DNA of 64,000 nucleotides from Escherichia coli (GTDB lineage Bacteria; Pseudomonadota; Gammaproteobacteria; Enterobacterales; Enterobacteriaceae): NCBI RefSeq assembly GCF_044647545.1, contig NZ_CP172818.1; one strand, 5' to 3'. Shown piece by piece: positions 13,785 to 28,008 of this stretch (position 1 is its first letter; each line of letters starts with the position of its first letter). The notes under the pieces were generated by a model. It saw only the letters and a program-made list of their open reading frames with translations, ran no database searches and was not told where the DNA came from. The position numbers and the translations under genes were made by a program.

Positions 13785-16639
13785 TTAAAAGCTGAAGCGA
13801 TATCCTCCGTTGACTTGCTTCTGATCAAAGAGGTTACCCTGCGTGTAATCCGCTTCGAGATAGAATGTGTGCTGTTTGTTATACTGTGCACTGACTCCCA
13901 CGCCGTTATTCCAGCCATTACCTTTGAAACTGTACTTCTCCCGGGAGTTGTTCAACAGATATTCGGTATCCCCTGAAAACTCGCGGATAGCGCCAGTCTT
14001 CACATAGACATTCAGCTGGCTGTTGCCTGCGGTGATGTCATACCCCAGTATCATGCTGGCACGCCCCAGCAGCGATTCGTAGTGATTCAGATGTATATTG
14101 AGGCCATTACTCGCCTTCATAGTCATCTCATTCTGGTGGCTGTATGTAAGCTGGGTTTGCGGCTGAATATAGAACCCATAACCAGTAGGGGACAGGTTGA
14201 ACCTCTGCCCGGCTTCCAGGGAGATGCTCATTCCATTCGCAGTGCCGTTGGCGTTAACGCCGTTGTTCTGACTGTCCAGTACGTGGGGAAATGATTTTGG
14301 CGCGATGCTTTTATAACGAGATCGCTGTAAAACTGTTTTGTGCCATGTAACTGGCGTACATTCCCATGTAGTCTACGTGTGTTACGCTCCCGCTATAGTC
14401 CGGCGATGCATGTGTTGAGCCAATATACAGACCGACATACAACGGCATTACATCAGAGAGACGTTTATCCCCACCAAACTGGATACCGCTGTAACCCATG
14501 TCAAAGCCGCTCAGTTTGCCACTGGCAAAGGAGTCTGAGGCTTCCCCCATAACTGCGCAACCAGATATTACCGTCTTTACTCTGATTTCGCAGGTCACCC
14601 ATCCGTTGCATCAGCGTACGGTTTTCAACATAGTTCAATAAGTAACCGACATTGAGATAATTGCCGCCAGCATCTGCGGTCGTGGTGGGTTTAGGCGTGG
14701 GAGCGGGTTCAGGCGTAGGATCGGGGTTGACTATGGAGGCTGAGCGGGAAATGGTGTGGTTCAGGATTAGGAGTCGGTTCCGGAACTGTCCCGGAAGCGT
14801 AAAGCTCCCAGTTAGTGCCATTTTTACGCACATCAGACATATCCCCCAACTCAACCTGAGAAGACGCGCTGAACGAGGCCGCGCCGTCAGTGGTTATTAC
14901 CACGGTCAGAACTTCATTTCCCGTCGTGGCCTCGCTGCCCTGGTTCAGCATAGCTATATGTGATTACCAGCACTACTCCCGCTGATATTCAATAAATCCC
15001 CTTTATTATTAACGCCATTACCCTCGCCAACAACATCAGCACGCATAATAAAGGTACTGTTACCGCTCAGGTTCTCTACGTTTAATGTGGCAAATGTGCC
15101 GGCAGTTGACCCGTGGCTGGCAAAATCGACAGTTGAATGGCTCAGCGCCAGCGTGTCGAGATTAGAATTACTTGTTACGTTCCAGACGCTGTTATTCATT
15201 GCAACGTCCAGTTTTCCGCCATTGACATTATCGCTGAGGGAGGAACCTGTCCAAACCGACCCAGGGTGCATATCCAGATTGATTAGCCCACCTTTGGAAA
15301 GAACGCTACCGTTGATAAGCATACGACCCGAGGCGTTGATGCGGCTGGCGGCATAACCATCGTCATGTTGCGTTGCGATGGCCATCTGGTCGGGTGTACT
15401 CATATCAATGACCAGATCGCTCGTGAGGTCGATCTGGCTGTTGGTCATGGCATAAATTCCCCTGGCTCCTGCCGCGCCGGTGATAGCCAAACTGTCTCCG
15501 GTTATTCTACCGCCGCTGAGAGCCCACAAACCCAGCGCCAGACTGCCATTACGATCAACTGTAATATCGGTATTTTGCATGTTGACAACAGCCGTTGCCG
15601 TCTGGGCCGAGGCACCATAAGAACCGCCGGAAAAGATGCTGTTTCGTTGCGCTGCCGTGCCAGTAAAATTGATTATCGCGTCTGAACCACTGGTGACGAG
15701 GCCACCGCCCTGCGCGGAAGAAATATGGCTATCTGCACCGATAGTGGTTGTACCACCACGAACTTCGACGCCATTGGCCGCGGCTCCAGTTACATCAACA
15801 GTGAGTGCATTCGCGCTAACCTGGCCAAAGCTCCAGAGGCCGTGAGCATTATCGCCATTGGTTTTAATGGTACTGTTTGTTCCGAGATCGACAACAGAGT
15901 TTTTCTGTACGTTTATCCCCATGGCGCTGTAGCCCTGAACATCGATTGTCAGGTCTGTAGCCGTAAAACGCGCAGCACCATTGGCGTTATTGCCGTTGAG
16001 ACCACCGATATAAACACCTGTACTTCCATCGGTCGTGATTTTACTTCCGCTTCCAAGATCGACACTGGTGCCATAGTCATTGATGGTTAGGCCTATACCG
16101 TTCGAGTTTTCAATGGTGAATTGAGTGGCTGTTAGTGTTGAGCTATGCCCAATAATGATGCCGTCATCGTTACTCTTAATGGTGCTGCCTGTGCCTAAGT
16201 CAGCATGGGTATAGTCACCAATTAAGTTAATGCCGATGGCAGAGGTTTGACCAACAACATCTACTGTGAGTCGGTTAGCTGTCAGGGAGCTGTTTTTGCC
16301 CTGAATAATGATTCCTTTTGCATATCCAGAGGCGTCGTTGACATTGACGGTGACATCATTACCCAGGTTGATATTGCCAGGCGTGTTTCCTGCTGGGGTC
16401 ATTACACCATAGAGGTTTCCTGATGGATCGGCGGTATCTCCTGTAATTCTGTCACCATCATTAATAGTAATATTGGTGCCATATTGACTTCCTGTATCAG
16501 CAGCTATCAGCAGGGGGGAAAAGATAATTGCATTCAAACCAATAGCGCCAAATTTTATCAGTTGAATTGAGGGCGAACGGATTTTTAATTCAGCGAGACG
16601 ATCTGCTTTGGTATTCCCATTGTGTTGTTTGATGCCCAT
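13785..16639 (-). pseudogene. ycgV: ycgV-like AIDA/autotransporter adhesin gene, interrupted by at least four reading-frame changes
   Basis: Five collinear minus-strand ORFs: 14954..16639 (561 aa, signal peptide plus Gly/Thr/Asn-rich beta-helix passenger), 14709..14951, 14501..14854 (Pro/Thr-rich linker), 14311..14598, and 13785..14231 (beta-barrel ending in aromatic YRFSF). Coordinate phases are 1, 2, 1, 0, 2. Confidence 0.7.
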
Positions 16640-16983
16640 ACCACTCCTATATAGTACCCAGACTATGGGTCTATGGATTTTGTCATTTTGTTTAAATCAA
16701 TGAATAATATCCTCTTATCATCATGATATTTGTATGGTGCAATCATGATGAGCTTCTCAGAGAATAATTCTCTATTACCGGGCAAAATCAGGAACACAGG
16801 AATTAATATATATTTAACATCCCCCTTACAAAGGTGAGTTTATATCGAGTTATTCCCTAAGTTGTCGTTACTTATTCCAATTCGTTACTATAAATATGGC
16901 AAAAATATTACAACAAACAGCGGTTAAAAAATTTGGTGAAGATTTTTTGTAATAATCCTAATTAGTTATGGGAATTTCGCTTG

Positions 16984-17163
16984 ATGTATCTGCATAACAA
17001 AAACAATATGCGCCATTTTTGCATTACTAATAAGAAAAAGCAAAAAACATCGATATTCATTTTTGGTCAATGGGTTTTCTGGCCTATCGTTGTTATTGTG
17101 CTACTGGTTATCATTTTCATCTTGCCAGCATATTGGAGCGTGATCAATTTTGATCAGCTGTGA
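16984..17163 (+). CDS. Hypothetical small single-pass membrane protein (59 aa) in the AT-rich region upstream of the autotransporter gene
   Basis: ORF with one strongly hydrophobic segment (WVFWPIVVIVLLVIIFILPAYW) after a Lys-rich N-terminus; no RBS verified; AT-rich DNA produces chance ORFs. Confidence 0.2.
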   Translation: MYLHNKNNMRHFCITNKKKQKTSIFIFGQWVFWPIVVIVLLVIIFILPAYWSVINFDQL

Positions 17164-17321
17164 AGGGGGCTGATGTGTAGTGATACAAAAACTTACGTTA
17201 TATCACTGCTAATGAGATATCCGGCATCTGAACACTTATGTCTTTAATTATTCTCGTGGTTCACTATAGGCAATAAGCACAAAAGTGTAGGATGTTACAA
17301 GAATGAATTAGGACTCTATGA

Positions 17322-17352
17322 AATGAAAAATCCACGCAATTGCGTGGATTTA
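17322..17352 (-). terminator. Rho-independent terminator downstream of ychF
   Basis: Perfect hairpin ATCCACGC-AATT-GCGTGGAT followed by a U-run on the minus-strand transcript. Confidence 0.7.
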
Positions 17353-17409
17353 ATGGTTTTTTTGATTCTCATGAAGTTCAATGAAACCTCATGAGACAAC
17401 AAATTTTAT

Positions 17410-18501
17410 TTAGACGTTGAACAGGAAGTTCATTACATCGCCATCTTTAACGATGTAATCTTTGCCTTCTGCACGCATTTTGCCTGCTTCTTTCGCGCCT
17501 TGTTCACCTTTGTAAGTGATGAAATCTTCAAACGAGATGGTTTGTGCACGGATAAAGCCTTTTTCAAAATCAGTATGGATTTTGCCAGCGGCCTGCGGCG
17601 CGGTTGCACCAACCGGAATGGTCCATGCACGTACTTCTTTCACCCCAGCGGTGAAGTAAGTTTGCAGGTTCAGCAGCTTATAACCGGCACGGATCACACG
17701 GTTCAGGCCCGGCTCTTCCAGCCCAAGCTCCTGCATAAACTCGTCACGTTCTTCGTCGTCCAGTTCGGCAATGTCTGCTTCAACAGCAGCACAAACCGGA
17801 ACCACAACAGAACCTTCTTTCGCCGCGATTTCACGCACCTGGTCAAGATACGGGTTGTTTTCAAAACCGTCTTCGTTGACGTTGGCGATGTACATTGTTG
17901 GTTTCAGCGTCAGGAAGCTCAGGTAACGAATAGCCGCTTTCTCTTCAGCGCTTAAATCCAGCGCGCGCAGCATACCTGCGTTTTCCAGCTGGGGCAGGCA
18001 TTTTTCCAGGACCGCCAGCTCAGCTTTCGCGTCTTTATCGCCACCTTTGGCTTTCTTCTGTACGCGATGAATCGCACGTTCACAGGTGTCGAGATCCGCC
18101 AGCGCCAGTTCGGTGTTGATAACTTCAATATCATCCGCCGGGTTAACTTTGCCGGAAACGTGAATGATGTTGTCATTTTCAAAGCAGCGAACAACGTGAC
18201 CGATCGCTTCGGTTTCACGGATGTTGGTCAGGAACTGGTTACCCAGACCTTCGCCTTTCGATGCGCCTTTTACCAGACCGGCGATATCGACAAATTCCAT
18301 GGTCGTGGGAAGCGTACGCTGCGGTTTTACGATTTCAGCCAGTTGATCCAGGCGAGGGTCAGGCATTGGTACGACGCCTGTGTTCGGCTCAATGGTACAG
18401 AATGGAAAGTTGGCCGCTTCAATACCGGCTTTGGTCAGCGCGTTGAACAGGGTAGATTTCCCGACGTTGGGCAAACCGACGATACCGCATTTGAATCCCA
18501 T
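17410..18501 (-). CDS. ychF: Ribosome-binding ATPase YchF (Obg-family P-loop NTPase)
   Basis: 363-aa ORF with [10 protein letters not shown]-loop; recognised as YchF. Confidence 0.95.
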
Positions 18502-18617
18502 GATTTAAATCACCTTAATATCTTAATAATCAACCTGTTATTGCTAACAGATTGCAGAAATGGAAATAACTTTGCCTATTATACACGGCACTCGGCAAAA
18601 ATGCCGCAGACAACGAC

Positions 18618-19202
18618 TTATTGCGCTTTAAAGGCGTGCAATCGGTTCGTTGCTTTGGTCAAGCCATCTGTAAACCACATTTCAGTACAACGTGCCGCTT
18701 CGTCGATGGCTTCATCAATTAACTTCTGTTCACTAACAGGCGGTTTGCCTAACACAAAACCGACAACTTTATTTTTATCGCCTGGATGACCAATTCCGAT
18801 GCGTAAACGGTGAAAGTTAGGGTTATTACCCAATTTACTGATGATGTCTTTCAGTCCATTGTGACCACCATGGCCACCGCCCAACTTAAATTTGGCGACG
18901 CCAGGAGGCAGATCCAGTTCGTCGTGGGCCACCAGAATTTCGTCCGGATTAATACGGAAAAAACTGGCCATCGCCGCAACGGCTTTGCCGCTGAGATTCA
19001 TAAATGTAGTCGGGACTAACAGGCGGACATCTTCGCCTCCAAGGGTGACTCGCGAAGTATAACCAAAGAATTTAGCCTCTTCGCGCAGCGGAGCGCGCAA
19101 TCGCTCTGCCAGTAAGTCAACGAACCAGGCACCAGCATTATGTCGCGTTGCGGCGTATTCAGCGCCGGGGTTCGCCAGGCCGACAATCAATTTAATCGTC
19201 AC
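18618..19202 (-). CDS. pth: Peptidyl-tRNA hydrolase
   Basis: 194-aa ORF recognised as Pth. Confidence 0.95.
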
Positions 19203-19479
19203 GTTTTTTTGTCCTGAGTGTGTACATAACTGGCGCGTAGTTTACTGGTTGCGGCCCCGCTTGACAAAAAACTGCGTATCAAATGCAGATAACGCAATAA
19301 TTGCCTGAGTGGACTATTAGAAAGCCAAGGTGTTCAGGCGTTTATTTGTAAAGTTTTGTTGAAATAAGGGTTGTAATTGTGATCACGCCCGCACATAACC
19401 CACAGGGTGTTGTCTATACTTTACACATAAGGAAGAGGGGTATTCCCTGTTACAACCCAGAAAGTTCCGGAGGTGACAT

Positions 19480-19758
19480 ATGAAACGCAAAAACGCTTCG
19501 TTACTCGGTAACGTGCTCATGGGGTTGGGTCTGGTGGTAATGGTGGTCGGTGTGGGGTATTCAATCCTCAACCAGTTACCACAGTTTAATATGCCCCAGT
19601 ATTTCGCACATGGTGCAGTGCTAAGTATTTTCGTCGGTGCCATTCTCTGGCTGGCGGGTGCCCGTGTTGGCGGGCATGAACAGGTGTGCGACCGTTACTG
19701 GTGGGTTCGCCACTATGACAAACGTTGCCGCCGTAGCGATAATCGCCGTCATAGCTAA
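19480..19758 (+). CDS. ychH: Small stress-induced inner-membrane protein
   Basis: 92-aa ORF recognised as YchH; GGAGGTG RBS upstream. Confidence 0.85.
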   Translation: MKRKNASLLGNVLMGLGLVVMVVGVGYSILNQLPQFNMPQYFAHGAVLSIFVGAILWLAGARVGGHEQVCDRYWWVRHYDKRCRRSDNRRHS

Positions 19759-19812
19759 CAAATACTGCAGTTTACTGACCAGTCAGTTTGCTCTGACTGG
19801 TCAATCTCGTAC

Positions 19813-21492
19813 TTATAAATCCGCCATCGCCGCGCGACGATTCGGGAAGAAAGCAAGGCGGCCCGGGATCGGTTGAATGCCTGCGCGAGCCATCGTGCGC
19901 AGTGGCTGGAATTCCACGTTGCACACGCGCAGTTCACATCCTTCGGGTAGACGCTTCACAAAACGCTGGAACGCATCAAGACCACCAGCATCAAGTACCG
20001 GAACGGCATCCCACTTCAGAATCACAATCCGTTTGCCTTCAAGACGTGACTCCAGGTCTGTGAATAAGCCTTCAGCAGCAGCAAAAAACAGCGGGCCAAT
20101 AACGCGCAGTACCAGGACATCGTCTGGAACATCTACGACTACCGGTGCCAGGCGAGTCATACGTGCGATACGACGCATAAACAGCAGCGATGCCAGCACG
20201 ATCCCCACGCTGATGGCAATAACCATATCAAACAGCACGGTCAGCGACATGCACAACAGCATGACAATGATGTCATCTTTCGGTGCATGACGCAGCAAGT
20301 CGACCACTTTGTGCGCTTCACTCATGTTCCACGCCACCATCAACAGCAGGGCTGCCATGGCGGAAAGCGGCAGCCAGGAGAGCAGCGGTGCCAGTACCAG
20401 CAGGGCAAGAATAACCAGAATAGAGTGGATCACCGCCGAGATAGGGGAAGTTGCCCCGGCACGGACGTTAGCGGCAGAACGCGCGATGGCAGCTGTAGCG
20501 GTAATGCCACCAAAGAACGGAGCGATAATATTCCCCAGTCCCTGTCCAACCAGTTCGCTGTTCGCTTTGTGTTTCGTTCCGGTCATACCATCCAGTACCA
20601 CGGCGCAGAGCAGAGATTCGATTGCGCCGAGCATTGCCATTGAGAATGCCGCAGGCAGCAGTGTGCGAATAGAATCCCAGGTTAGCGTGAATTCTGAATC
20701 AGGCAGATCCCACGGCAGCACAAGTTGCGGCAGCAGTTGCGGAATACCGTTACCCTGAGAACCATCGGCCAGGACGTAGTGGAATTGCGAACCGATGGTA
20801 GCAACATGTCCGCCGAGCAGATTAACAATCCCCATCACCGCGCAACCAGCCAGCAAGGCCGGAAGATGACCGGGTAAACGAATGCCCAGACGCGGCCAGA
20901 AAACCAGAATACCAAGCGTCACAATGCCAATGGCTGCATCACCCACATTAATGGTCGGCAGCGCCATAAATAATGCGCCGACTTTTTGTAGATAATGTTC
21001 CGGGACATGGGCCATTTGCAGACCGAGAAAATCTTTAATCTGCATGGTACCGATGGTGATCCCGATACCCGAGGTGAAACCTAAGGTGACGGAAACCGGA
21101 ATATACTCAATCAGGCGCCCAAAGCGTGCCAGCCCCATCAGAATCAAAAAGATCCCCGACAGCAAGGTCGCAACCAGCAGTCCTGCCAGTCCAAACTGTT
21201 GCGAAACGGGATAGAGAATTACCACAAATGCCGCAGTCGGACCGGAAACGCTAAAGCGTGACCCCCCCGTCAGAGCAATGACAATCCCCGCAACAGCTGC
21301 GGTATATAAACCGTACTGGGGTGCCACACCACTACCAATAGCCAACGCCATCGCCAGCGGGATAGCAATAATCCCGACGGTTATCCCGGCAATCAGGTCA
21401 CGGGTAAACCGTGCGGCAGTATATTTTTCTTTCCAGCAAGCGTCGATCAGAGCGCGGAAAGGCATCACATGTGAGGAAAATATTTTGTTCAC
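19813..21492 (-). CDS. dauA: C4-dicarboxylate transporter, SulP family with C-terminal STAS domain
   Basis: 559-aa ORF recognised as DauA (YchM). Confidence 0.92.
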   Translation of the reverse strand: MNKIFSSHVMPFRALIDACWKEKYTAARFTRDLIAGITVGIIAIPLAMALAIGSGVAPQYGLYTAAVAGIVIALTGGSRFSVSGPTAAFVVILYPVSQQFGLAGLLVATLLSGIFLILMGLARFGRLIEYIPVSVTLGFTSGIGITIGTMQIKDFLGLQMAHVPEHYLQKVGALFMALPTINVGDAAIGIVTLGILVFWPRLGIRLPGHLPALLAGCAVMGIVNLLGGHVATIGSQFHYVLADGSQGNGIPQLLPQLVLPWDLPDSEFTLTWDSIRTLLPAAFSMAMLGAIESLLCAVVLDGMTGTKHKANSELVGQGLGNIIAPFFGGITATAAIARSAANVRAGATSPISAVIHSILVILALLVLAPLLSWLPLSAMAALLLMVAWNMSEAHKVVDLLRHAPKDDIIVMLLCMSLTVLFDMVIAISVGIVLASLLFMRRIARMTRLAPVVVDVPDDVLVLRVIGPLFFAAAEGLFTDLESRLEGKRIVILKWDAVPVLDAGGLDAFQRFVKRLPEGCELRVCNVEFQPLRTMARAGIQPIPGRLAFFPNRRAAMADL

Positions 21493-21576
21493 AATAATGT
21501 TTCATCCGTGAGCGCATCATCTGTCAACTAAATGGCAGGTGAAGGAGGCATAGGTCATACAAATGGATATTACAGA

Positions 21577-21600
21577 CAAAAAAACCCGCCGCAGCGGGTC
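21577..21600 (-). terminator. Rho-independent terminator downstream of prs
   Basis: Hairpin ACCCGC-TGCG-GCGGGT followed by UUUUUUU on the minus-strand transcript. Confidence 0.65.
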
Positions 21601-21616
21601 TTTGAGCCGGGTTCGA

Positions 21617-22690
<1,074 letters not shown>

Positions 22691-22714
22691 TCACCGAAAC
22701 TCAGCTTGCCCGGC

Positions 22715-23565
22715 TTAAAGCATGGCTCTGTGCAATGGGGAAAGATTAACGCCTTTCGCCACAAAGCCATTGAGCCATTCCGGGGCTTGCTCTAGCACCT
22801 GGCGGGCTTCAGACTCTGTATCAAATTCAGCAAAGACACAGGCCCCTGTCCCAGTCAGGCGCGACGGGGCGTATTCTAACAGCCAGGAAAGCACCGCATC
22901 AACCTCGCGAAAACGTTTTCTTGCGATAACCTCGCAATCATTGCTGAATTCACATTTTAGCAACGTTTCTATTGACCTTTTTGGCGTATTGCGCGGGAGT
23001 TCAGGATCTTTAAAAATCACCGGTGTCGGAATACTTACACCAGGGTGCGCCACCAGATACCACTTCTCTGGCGGATCCACCGGCGTTAGTATTTCACCAA
23101 CGCCTTCGGCAAACGCGGCATGCCCCCGAACAAAGACAGGAACATCTGCGCCCAGCGTCAGTCCCATTTCCGCCAGCTCATCCATGCTTAGCCCGCATTG
23201 CCAGAGATGATTTAATGCCACCAGGACCGTCGCGGCATTGGATGAACCACCGCCGAGACCGCCGCCCATCGGCAAACGCTTGTCAATGCTGATATTCGCA
23301 CCGCTTCCCGTCGGAAGGCGCCCGCTGTCTGCCGCAGTTTTCATCAATAACCGCGCTGCGCGAACGATCAGGTTATCTTCATGTTCCACGCCTTCAACGG
23401 GCGTTAACAGACGAATATCCCCATCGTCACGAAGCTCAATGTTGATGGTGTCGCCGTAATCAAGAAACTGAAACAGCGTTTGCAGCGTGTGGTAACCATC
23501 CGCACGCTGACCGGTAATGTATAAAAACAGATTAAGTTTTGCCGGAGAGGGCCACTGTGTCCGCA

Positions 23566-23566
<1 letters not shown>
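22715..23566 (-). CDS. ispE: 4-diphosphocytidyl-2-C-methyl-D-erythritol kinase (MEP pathway)
   Basis: 283-aa GHMP-kinase ORF recognised as IspE; start overlaps the lolB stop (TAATG). Confidence 0.95.
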
Positions 23567-24258
<692 letters not shown>

Positions 24259-24402
24259 CTATGTTCACGTTGTCTTAATTGCCAGAATCTAACGGCTTTC
24301 AGCAATTACTCCAAAAGGGGGCGCTCTCTTTTATTGATCTTACGCATCCTGTATGATGCAAGCAGACTAACCCTATCAACGTTGGTATTATTTCCCGCAG
24401 AC

Positions 24403-25659
24403 ATGACCCTTTTAGCACTCGGTATCAACCATAAAACGGCACCTGTATCGCTGCGAGAACGTGTATCGTTTTCGCCGGATAAGCTCGAGCAGGCGCTTGA
24501 CAGCCTGCTTGCGCAGCCGATGGTGCAGGGCGGTGTGGTGCTGTCGACGTGTAACCGCACAGAACTTTATCTCAGCGTTGAAGAACGGGATGACCTGCAA
24601 GAGGCGCTCATTCGCTGGTTGTGTGATTACCATAATCTCAACGAAGACGATCTGCGTAATAGCCTCTACTGGCATCAGGATAACGATGCGGTCAGTCATT
24701 TAATGCGCGTTGCCAGTGGGCTTGATTCTCTCGTCCTTGGCGAGCCGCAGATCCTCGGTCAGGTTAAAAAAGCGTTTGCCGATTCGCAAAAAGGTCATAT
24801 GAAGGCCAGAGAACTGGAACGCATGTTTCAGAAATCTTTCTCTGTGGCGAAACGCGTTCGCACTGAAACAGATATCGGTGCCAGTGCTGTGTCTGTCGCT
24901 TTTGCGGCTTGTACGCTGGCGCGGCAGATCTTTGAATCGCTCTCTACGGTGACGGTACTGCTGGTGGGTGCGGGCGAAACCATCGAGCTGGTGGCGCGTC
25001 ATCTGCGTGAACACAAAGTACAGAAGATGATTATCGCCAACCGCACTCGCGAACGTGCCCAAATTCTGGCAGATGAAGTCGGCGCGGAAGTGATTGCCCT
25101 GAGCGATATCGACGAGCGTCTGCGCGAAGCCGATATCATCATTAGTTCCACCGCCAGCCCGTTACCGATTATCGGGAAAGGCATGGTGGAGCGGGCATTA
25201 AAAAGCCGTCGCAACCAACCAATGCTGCTGGTGGATATTGCCGTTCCGCGCGATGTTGAGCCGGAAGTTGGTAAACTGGCGAATGCTTATCTTTATAGCG
25301 TTGACGATCTGCAAAGCATTATTTCGCACAATCTGGCGCAGCGTAAAGCCGCAGCAGTTGAGGCGGAAACTATAGTCGCTCAGGAAACCAGCGAATTTAT
25401 GGCGTGGTTGCGTGCACAAAGCGCCAGCGAGACCATTCGCGAGTATCGCAGCCAGGCAGAGCACGTTCGCGATGAGTTAACCGCCAAAGCGTTAGCGGCC
25501 CTTGAGCAGGGCGGCGACGCCCAAGCCATTATGCAGGATCTGGCATGGAAACTGACTAACCGCCTGATCCATGCGCCAACGAAATCACTTCAACAGGCCG
25601 CCCGTGACGGGGATAACGAACGCCTGAATATTCTGCGCGACAGCCTCGGGCTGGAGTAG
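24403..25659 (+). CDS. hemA: Glutamyl-tRNA reductase
   Basis: ATG at 24403 ([14 protein letters not shown]...) gives 418 aa; upstream 66 codons of the track ORF rejected. Confidence 0.93.
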   Translation: MTLLALGINHKTAPVSLRERVSFSPDKLEQALDSLLAQPMVQGGVVLSTCNRTELYLSVEERDDLQEALIRWLCDYHNLNEDDLRNSLYWHQDNDAVSHLMRVASGLDSLVLGEPQILGQVKKAFADSQKGHMKARELERMFQKSFSVAKRVRTETDIGASAVSVAFAACTLARQIFESLSTVTVLLVGAGETIELVARHLREHKVQKMIIANRTRERAQILADEVGAEVIALSDIDERLREADIIISSTASPLPIIGKGMVERALKSRRNQPMLLVDIAVPRDVEPEVGKLANAYLYSVDDLQSIISHNLAQRKAAAVEAETIVAQETSEFMAWLRAQSASETIREYRSQAEHVRDELTAKALAALEQGGDAQAIMQDLAWKLTNRLIHAPTKSLQQAARDGDNERLNILRDSLGLE

Positions 25660-25700
25660 CAGTACATCATTTTCCTTTTTTACAGGGTGCATTTACGCCT

Positions 25701-26783
25701 ATGAAGCCTTCTATCGTTGCCAAACTGGAAGCCCTGCATGAACGCCATGAAGAAGTTCAGGCGTTGCTGGGTGACGCGCAAACTATCGCCGACCAGGAAC
25801 GTTTTCGCGCATTATCACGCGAATATGCGCAGTTAAGTGATGTTTCGCGCAGTTTTACCGACTGGCAACAGGTTCAGGAAGATATCGAAACCGCACAGAT
25901 GATGCTCGATGATCCTGAAATGCGTGAGATGGCGCAGGATGAACTGCGCGAAGCTAAAGAAAAAAGCGAGCAACTGGAACAGCAATTACAGGTTCTGTTA
26001 CTACCAAAAGATCCTGATGACGAACGTAACGCCTTCCTCGAAGTCCGTGCCGGAACCGGCGGCGACGAAGCGGCGCTGTTCGCAGGCGATCTGTTCCGTA
26101 TGTACAGCCGTTATGCCGAAGCCCGCCGCTGGCGGGTAGAAATCATGAGCGCCAGCGAGGGTGAACATGGTGGTTATAAAGAGATCATCGCCAAAATTAG
26201 CGGTGATGGTGTGTATGGTCGTCTGAAATTTGAATCCGGCGGTCATCGCGTGCAGCGTGTGCCTGCTACGGAATCGCAGGGGCGTATTCATACTTCTGCT
26301 TGTACCGTTGCGGTAATGCCAGAACTGCCTGACGCAGAACTGCCGGACATCAACCCGGCAGATTTGCGCATAGATACTTTCCGCTCGTCAGGGGCGGGTG
26401 GTCAGCACGTTAACACCACCGATTCGGCAATTCGTATTACTCACTTGCCGACAGGGATTGTTGTTGAATGTCAGGACGAACGTTCACAACATAAAAACAA
26501 AGCTAAAGCACTTTCTGTACTTGGTGCTCGCATCCACGCTGCAGAAATGGCAAAACGGCAACAGGCCGAAGCGTCTACCCGTCGTAACCTGCTGGGGAGT
26601 GGCGATCGCAGCGACCGTAACCGTACTTACAACTTCCCGCAGGGGCGCGTTACCGATCACCGCATCAACCTGACGCTCTACCGTCTGGATGAAGTGATGG
26701 AAGGTAAGCTGGATATGCTAATTGAACCGATTATCCAGGAACATCAGGCCGACCAACTGGCGGCGTTGTCCGAGCAGGAATAA
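25701..26783 (+). CDS. prfA: Peptide chain release factor 1
   Basis: 360-aa ORF with GGQ motif (SGAGGQHVN) and PxT-type recognition region; recognised as RF1. Confidence 0.96.
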   Translation: MKPSIVAKLEALHERHEEVQALLGDAQTIADQERFRALSREYAQLSDVSRSFTDWQQVQEDIETAQMMLDDPEMREMAQDELREAKEKSEQLEQQLQVLLLPKDPDDERNAFLEVRAGTGGDEAALFAGDLFRMYSRYAEARRWRVEIMSASEGEHGGYKEIIAKISGDGVYGRLKFESGGHRVQRVPATESQGRIHTSACTVAVMPELPDAELPDINPADLRIDTFRSSGAGGQHVNTTDSAIRITHLPTGIVVECQDERSQHKNKAKALSVLGARIHAAEMAKRQQAEASTRRNLLGSGDRSDRNRTYNFPQGRVTDHRINLTLYRLDEVMEGKLDMLIEPIIQEHQADQLAALSEQE

Positions 26784-27616
26784 TGGAATATCAACACTGG
26801 TTACGTGAAGCAATAAGCCAACTTCAGGCGAGCGAAAGCCCGCGGCGTGATGCTGAAATCCTGCTGGCGCATGTTACCGGCAAAGGGCGTACTTTTATTC
26901 TCGCCTTTGGTGAAACGCAGCTGACTGACGAACAATGTCAGCAACTTGATGCGCTACTGACGCGTCGTCGCGATGGTGAACCTATTGCTCATTTAACCGG
27001 GGTGCGAGAATTCTGGTCGCTGCCGTTATTTGTTTCGCCAGCGACCTTAATTCCGCGCCCGGATACGGAGTGTCTGGTGGAGCAGGCACTGGCGCGGTTG
27101 CCTGAACAACCTTGCCGTATTCTCGATCTCGGGACGGGTACCGGGGCGATTGCGCTGGCGCTGGCTAGCGAGCGCCCGGACTGCGAAATTACCGCTGTAG
27201 ATCGTATGCCAGATGCTGTCTCTCTGGCGCAACGTAATGCTCAGAATCTGGCGATCAAAAACATCCATATTCTGCAAAGCGACTGGTTTAGCGCGCTAGC
27301 CGGGCAGCAGTTTGCGATGATTGTCAGTAATCCGCCGTATATTGACGAGCAGGACCCACATCTTCAACAAGGCGATGTCCGCTTTGAGCCGCTCACTGCG
27401 CTGGTTGCGGCAGACAGTGGAATGGCAGACATCGTGCATATCATCGAACAGTCGCGTAACGCGCTGGTATCCGGCGGCTTTCTGCTTCTGGAACATGGCT
27501 GGCAGCAGGGCGAAGCGGTGCGACAGGCATTTATCCACGCGGGATATCATGACGTCGAAACCTGTCGGGACTATGGTGATAACGAGCGCGTAACGCTCGG
27601 CCGCTATTATCAATGA
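26783..27616 (+). CDS. prmC: Release-factor glutamine N5-methyltransferase
   Basis: 277-aa ORF with NPPY motif; ATG overlaps the prfA stop (TAATG). Confidence 0.95.
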   Translation: MEYQHWLREAISQLQASESPRRDAEILLAHVTGKGRTFILAFGETQLTDEQCQQLDALLTRRRDGEPIAHLTGVREFWSLPLFVSPATLIPRPDTECLVEQALARLPEQPCRILDLGTGTGAIALALASERPDCEITAVDRMPDAVSLAQRNAQNLAIKNIHILQSDWFSALAGQQFAMIVSNPPYIDEQDPHLQQGDVRFEPLTALVAADSGMADIVHIIEQSRNALVSGGFLLLEHGWQQGEAVRQAFIHAGYHDVETCRDYGDNERVTLGRYYQ

Positions 27617-28005
27617 CAAGTTTTTCTACACTGCTTAGTGTTCATCTTATTAGTATCGCGCTTTCTGTTGGGCTATTAACCTTACGTTTCTGGCTACGTT
27701 ATCAGAAGCATCCACAGGCATTTGCGCGCTGGACGCGCATTGTGCCGCCGGTTGTCGATACGCTGTTATTGTTAAGCGGCATTGCGTTGATGGCTAAAGC
27801 GCACATCCTGCCATTTTCCGGGCAGGCACAGTGGCTGACTGAAAAGCTGTTTGGAGTTATCATTTATATCGTTTTGGGTTTTATTGCACTCGATTATCGT
27901 CGTATGCACAGTCAGCAGGCGCGCATTATTGCCTTCCCGCTGGCGTTGGTGGTGCTGTACATCATCATTAAACTCGCCACCACAAAAGTACCGTTACTGG
28001 GGTAA
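27613..28005 (+). CDS. sirB2: SirB2-family inner-membrane protein
   Basis: 130-aa hydrophobic ORF recognised as YchQ/SirB2; overlaps the prmC stop. Confidence 0.85.
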   Translation: MTSFSTLLSVHLISIALSVGLLTLRFWLRYQKHPQAFARWTRIVPPVVDTLLLLSGIALMAKAHILPFSGQAQWLTEKLFGVIIYIVLGFIALDYRRMHSQQARIIAFPLALVVLYIIIKLATTKVPLLG

Positions 28006-28008
28006 GTC

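Noticed and set aside
18067-18789. 240-aa plus-strand ORF spanning the ychF 5' end and pth 3' end
   Set aside because: Antisense to two confidently identified genes and crossing their intergenic region; no RBS.
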